Source: a bacterium
GTDB lineage: Bacteria; UBA8248
Direction of reading: 5' to 3'
DNA: 64,000 nt
NCBI GenBank assembly: GCA_965203325.1
Contig: OZ241875.1
Span: 1,440,001 to 1,504,000 of the forward strand
Part shown: positions 61,938-64,000 of the stretch, one piece after another
Layout: each line of letters starts with the position of its first letter
Numbering within the stretch: the stretch's first letter is position 1
Program-made: the position numbers and the translations under genes
Notes under the pieces: generated by a model
What the model saw: only the letters and a program-made list of their open reading frames with translations
Told to the model about the DNA's origin: nothing
Database searches by the model: none

Positions 61938-62183
61938 CTAGGAAAAACAGACTCTCGAATGGAAGGTCTCTATTGTGCTGTCCGGATCGGAACTGCATTC
62001 CTGCACGAGAAACGTGCCGAGTTCGTGCTTTTTGGCTGTCTTCTCAACGGCCTCCATCTCGTCGTCGTAAGTCCCGAGCACCCGCCGGTTCTTGATGACG
62101 ATGTATTTCCCCTCGTACTTCTGGGCGAGTTCGGACTGGTGATCGAGGTAGTATTGAAAATCATCTTTCAATAGCTGTTCCAT
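61938..62183 (-). CDS. Small DUF5678-like protein
   Basis: FQYYLDHQSELAQKYEGKYIVIKNRRVLGTYDD; its stop abuts the protease ATG. Confidence 0.7.
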   Translation of the reverse strand: MEQLLKDDFQYYLDHQSELAQKYEGKYIVIKNRRVLGTYDDEMEAVEKTAKKHELGTFLVQECSSDPDSTIETFHSRVCFS

Positions 62184-62338
62184 GGCCTTCTCTCCTGCTC
62201 AACAACTTCAGCCAAGGTCAGGCATGAGCCCCACCCCACAATCATAGTCTATCCATCGTGTTTGTGAAGTCAAATTCCGAATGTCCAAGATACATTCCAG
62301 AGTCGCCATGTGTTAAGTCGTGCGTTCCCAATCCCCCC

Positions 62339-64000
62339 CTACCCCAAAACCTCCCGGCACGCCGCCTCGATATGCGCCTGTCCGATCTGTAAGGCGTCGT
62401 AGACCTCGTGCGGGAGGCCGCTCTGGCCGAACTGGTCGGTGCCCAGGCATCGCTGGTCGGCGCCCAGCGCACCGCCCAAGAACGAGAGCGCCAGCGAATG
62501 CCCGTCCAGCACGGATACGATGGGGTTGTCGCGGTGTTCGTCGCCCACCATCATTTCGAGGCGCGAGGGGCGGCCCGCTTTTTTCGCCTTCTTGTGTTCG
62601 GCGTAAATCCTGTCCGCACTCGTGAGGACGTAGACGTTGGCGTGTATCCCCTCCGCCTCCAGCGCGCGGGCGGCGGCGAGGGCCTCGGGCGTCATCACCC
62701 CGCTCACGAAGAGGTTCACCGCGTTGGCACCCGCGCGGTAGCCGGGCGCATCTTTCGCCGAGTGAAGCAGGTAGCCCCCGCCCAGGACGTTATTCCTGAG
62801 CACCTCGCGCTTCAGGGGGTCAGCGAGCCACCCGGCGGGCAGGAGGTTCTGATCGACCTGCTTCGTGCTCAGGCGGAGATAAAACGCCGGGCAATCGGCA
62901 TCCCCGAGAACGCGGCCGATGGCCGAGAGGAGCAGCCACTCGACCTCGACGGCGAAGGTCGGCTCATAGGCTTCGAGCCCCGGCATCTCCAGGGATATGG
63001 CGGGCGTGAGGATGCTCTGGTGCGCACCGCCCTCCGGGGATAAGCTCGTGCCGCTCGGCGTCGCCACCACGATGAAGCGCCCGCCGTTATAGACCGCGTA
63101 GCGAAGCGCGTCGAGACAGCGGCTGATGAAGGTGTCGTACACCGTGCCGATGGGGCAGACCCGCACCCCGCAAAGCTCTTTCGAGACGCCGAAGGCCGCG
63201 AGCAGGAGCATCAGGTTGTTCTCCGATATCCCCAGTTCGATGTGCCGGCCCGCCGGGGACTCCTCCCACTTCAACAGCCGCTGCACCTGCTGTAAGGCGA
63301 AGAAATCCGCCTTGCCCTCGGGGTGGTATACCCCGCGGCGGTTGATCCAGCCGCCCAGGTTCGTGCTCACGGCCACGTCGGGCGAGGTGGTGACGATGTG
63401 GCGCGCGAGCGCGTCCTCCCGCGCCAAGTTCGTCATGATGGCGCCGAACGCCTCCTGCGTGGAAGTCTTGGAGGCGAAGTTCGCCCCCACTTCCCGGGGC
63501 ACGGGAGCGGGCACGACTTCCTCTCTCGCAAGCGTGGCCCGCGCGTCGTAGCGCGTAACCGCTCGCTCGACCGCGCGGGCTTCCGGCGCTTTCTCCCGAG
63601 AGAGGCGCCAGTTCCTCGCCCTCGCCTAGGCCCGCGGAATCGCGCAGTTCGGCGATCTGCGCCTCCGTCAGGAGCTGGGAGTGGTTCATCGGATCACCCG
63701 CGATGGGGAGCCCCCAGCCCTTGATGGTGTAGGCGAGGATCATCACGGGCTTATCCCTAACCCCGTCCGCCTCCTCGAGGGCCTCCAGGATGCACTCGAT
63801 GTCGTGGCCGCCCAGGTCGGACAGGAGCGCGGGCAGTTCCTCGTCCGGGTAGCGATCCAGCAGCCCCGCGAGTCCCTCGTAATCGCCCGCCTCACCGCGC
63901 GTGAGGCCCTCCCTTATCTCGCGCCCGCTTCTGCCGATGAGCATCTGGTACTCGCCGTTCGACATGTCGTCGATGCGCCGCCTCAGCGATTCGCCGTTTT
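62339..64000 (-). CDS. Pyruvate dehydrogenase E1 (AceE)/transketolase-like protein, 5' end outside window, apparent frameshift near 63588
   Basis: LGGHD, AYTIKGWGLP, SPDVAVSTNLGGW, ELGISENN, SPEGGAHQS. Removing one base joins the two ORF-track frames as ...GES|PEARAVERAV.... Confidence 0.85.

Overview
A GC-rich bacterial chromosome segment with no CRISPR array or rRNA. In order it holds: a catabolic cluster (enolase-superfamily enzyme, ABC substrate-binding protein, two MBL-fold hydrolases, PPC/DUF296 protein, alpha/beta hydrolase); an AT-richer mobile patch at 5.8-9.9 kb (19-bp inverted-repeat mini-element, TbpB-like lipoprotein, trypsin-like protease, dead IS1595 transposase, atypical tRNA-Cys); a ~19 kb surface-glycan/nonulosonate locus beside tRNA-Glu that includes a LarA-family racemase; an operon of a di-heme CCP/MauG-like protein plus PhnDCE-like ABC transporter behind a perfect DtxR/MntR-type palindrome; amtB-glnK; a CxxU Rdx/SelW selenoprotein missed by the ORF track and coupled to MOSC and PhzF genes; a PhlAB-like fusion plus thiolase; and an integration hotspot where the 3' end of an AceE-like gene occurs three times, bracketing cargo genes and TraI/HU remnants. 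All calls rest on reading sequence and motifs; no searches were run.
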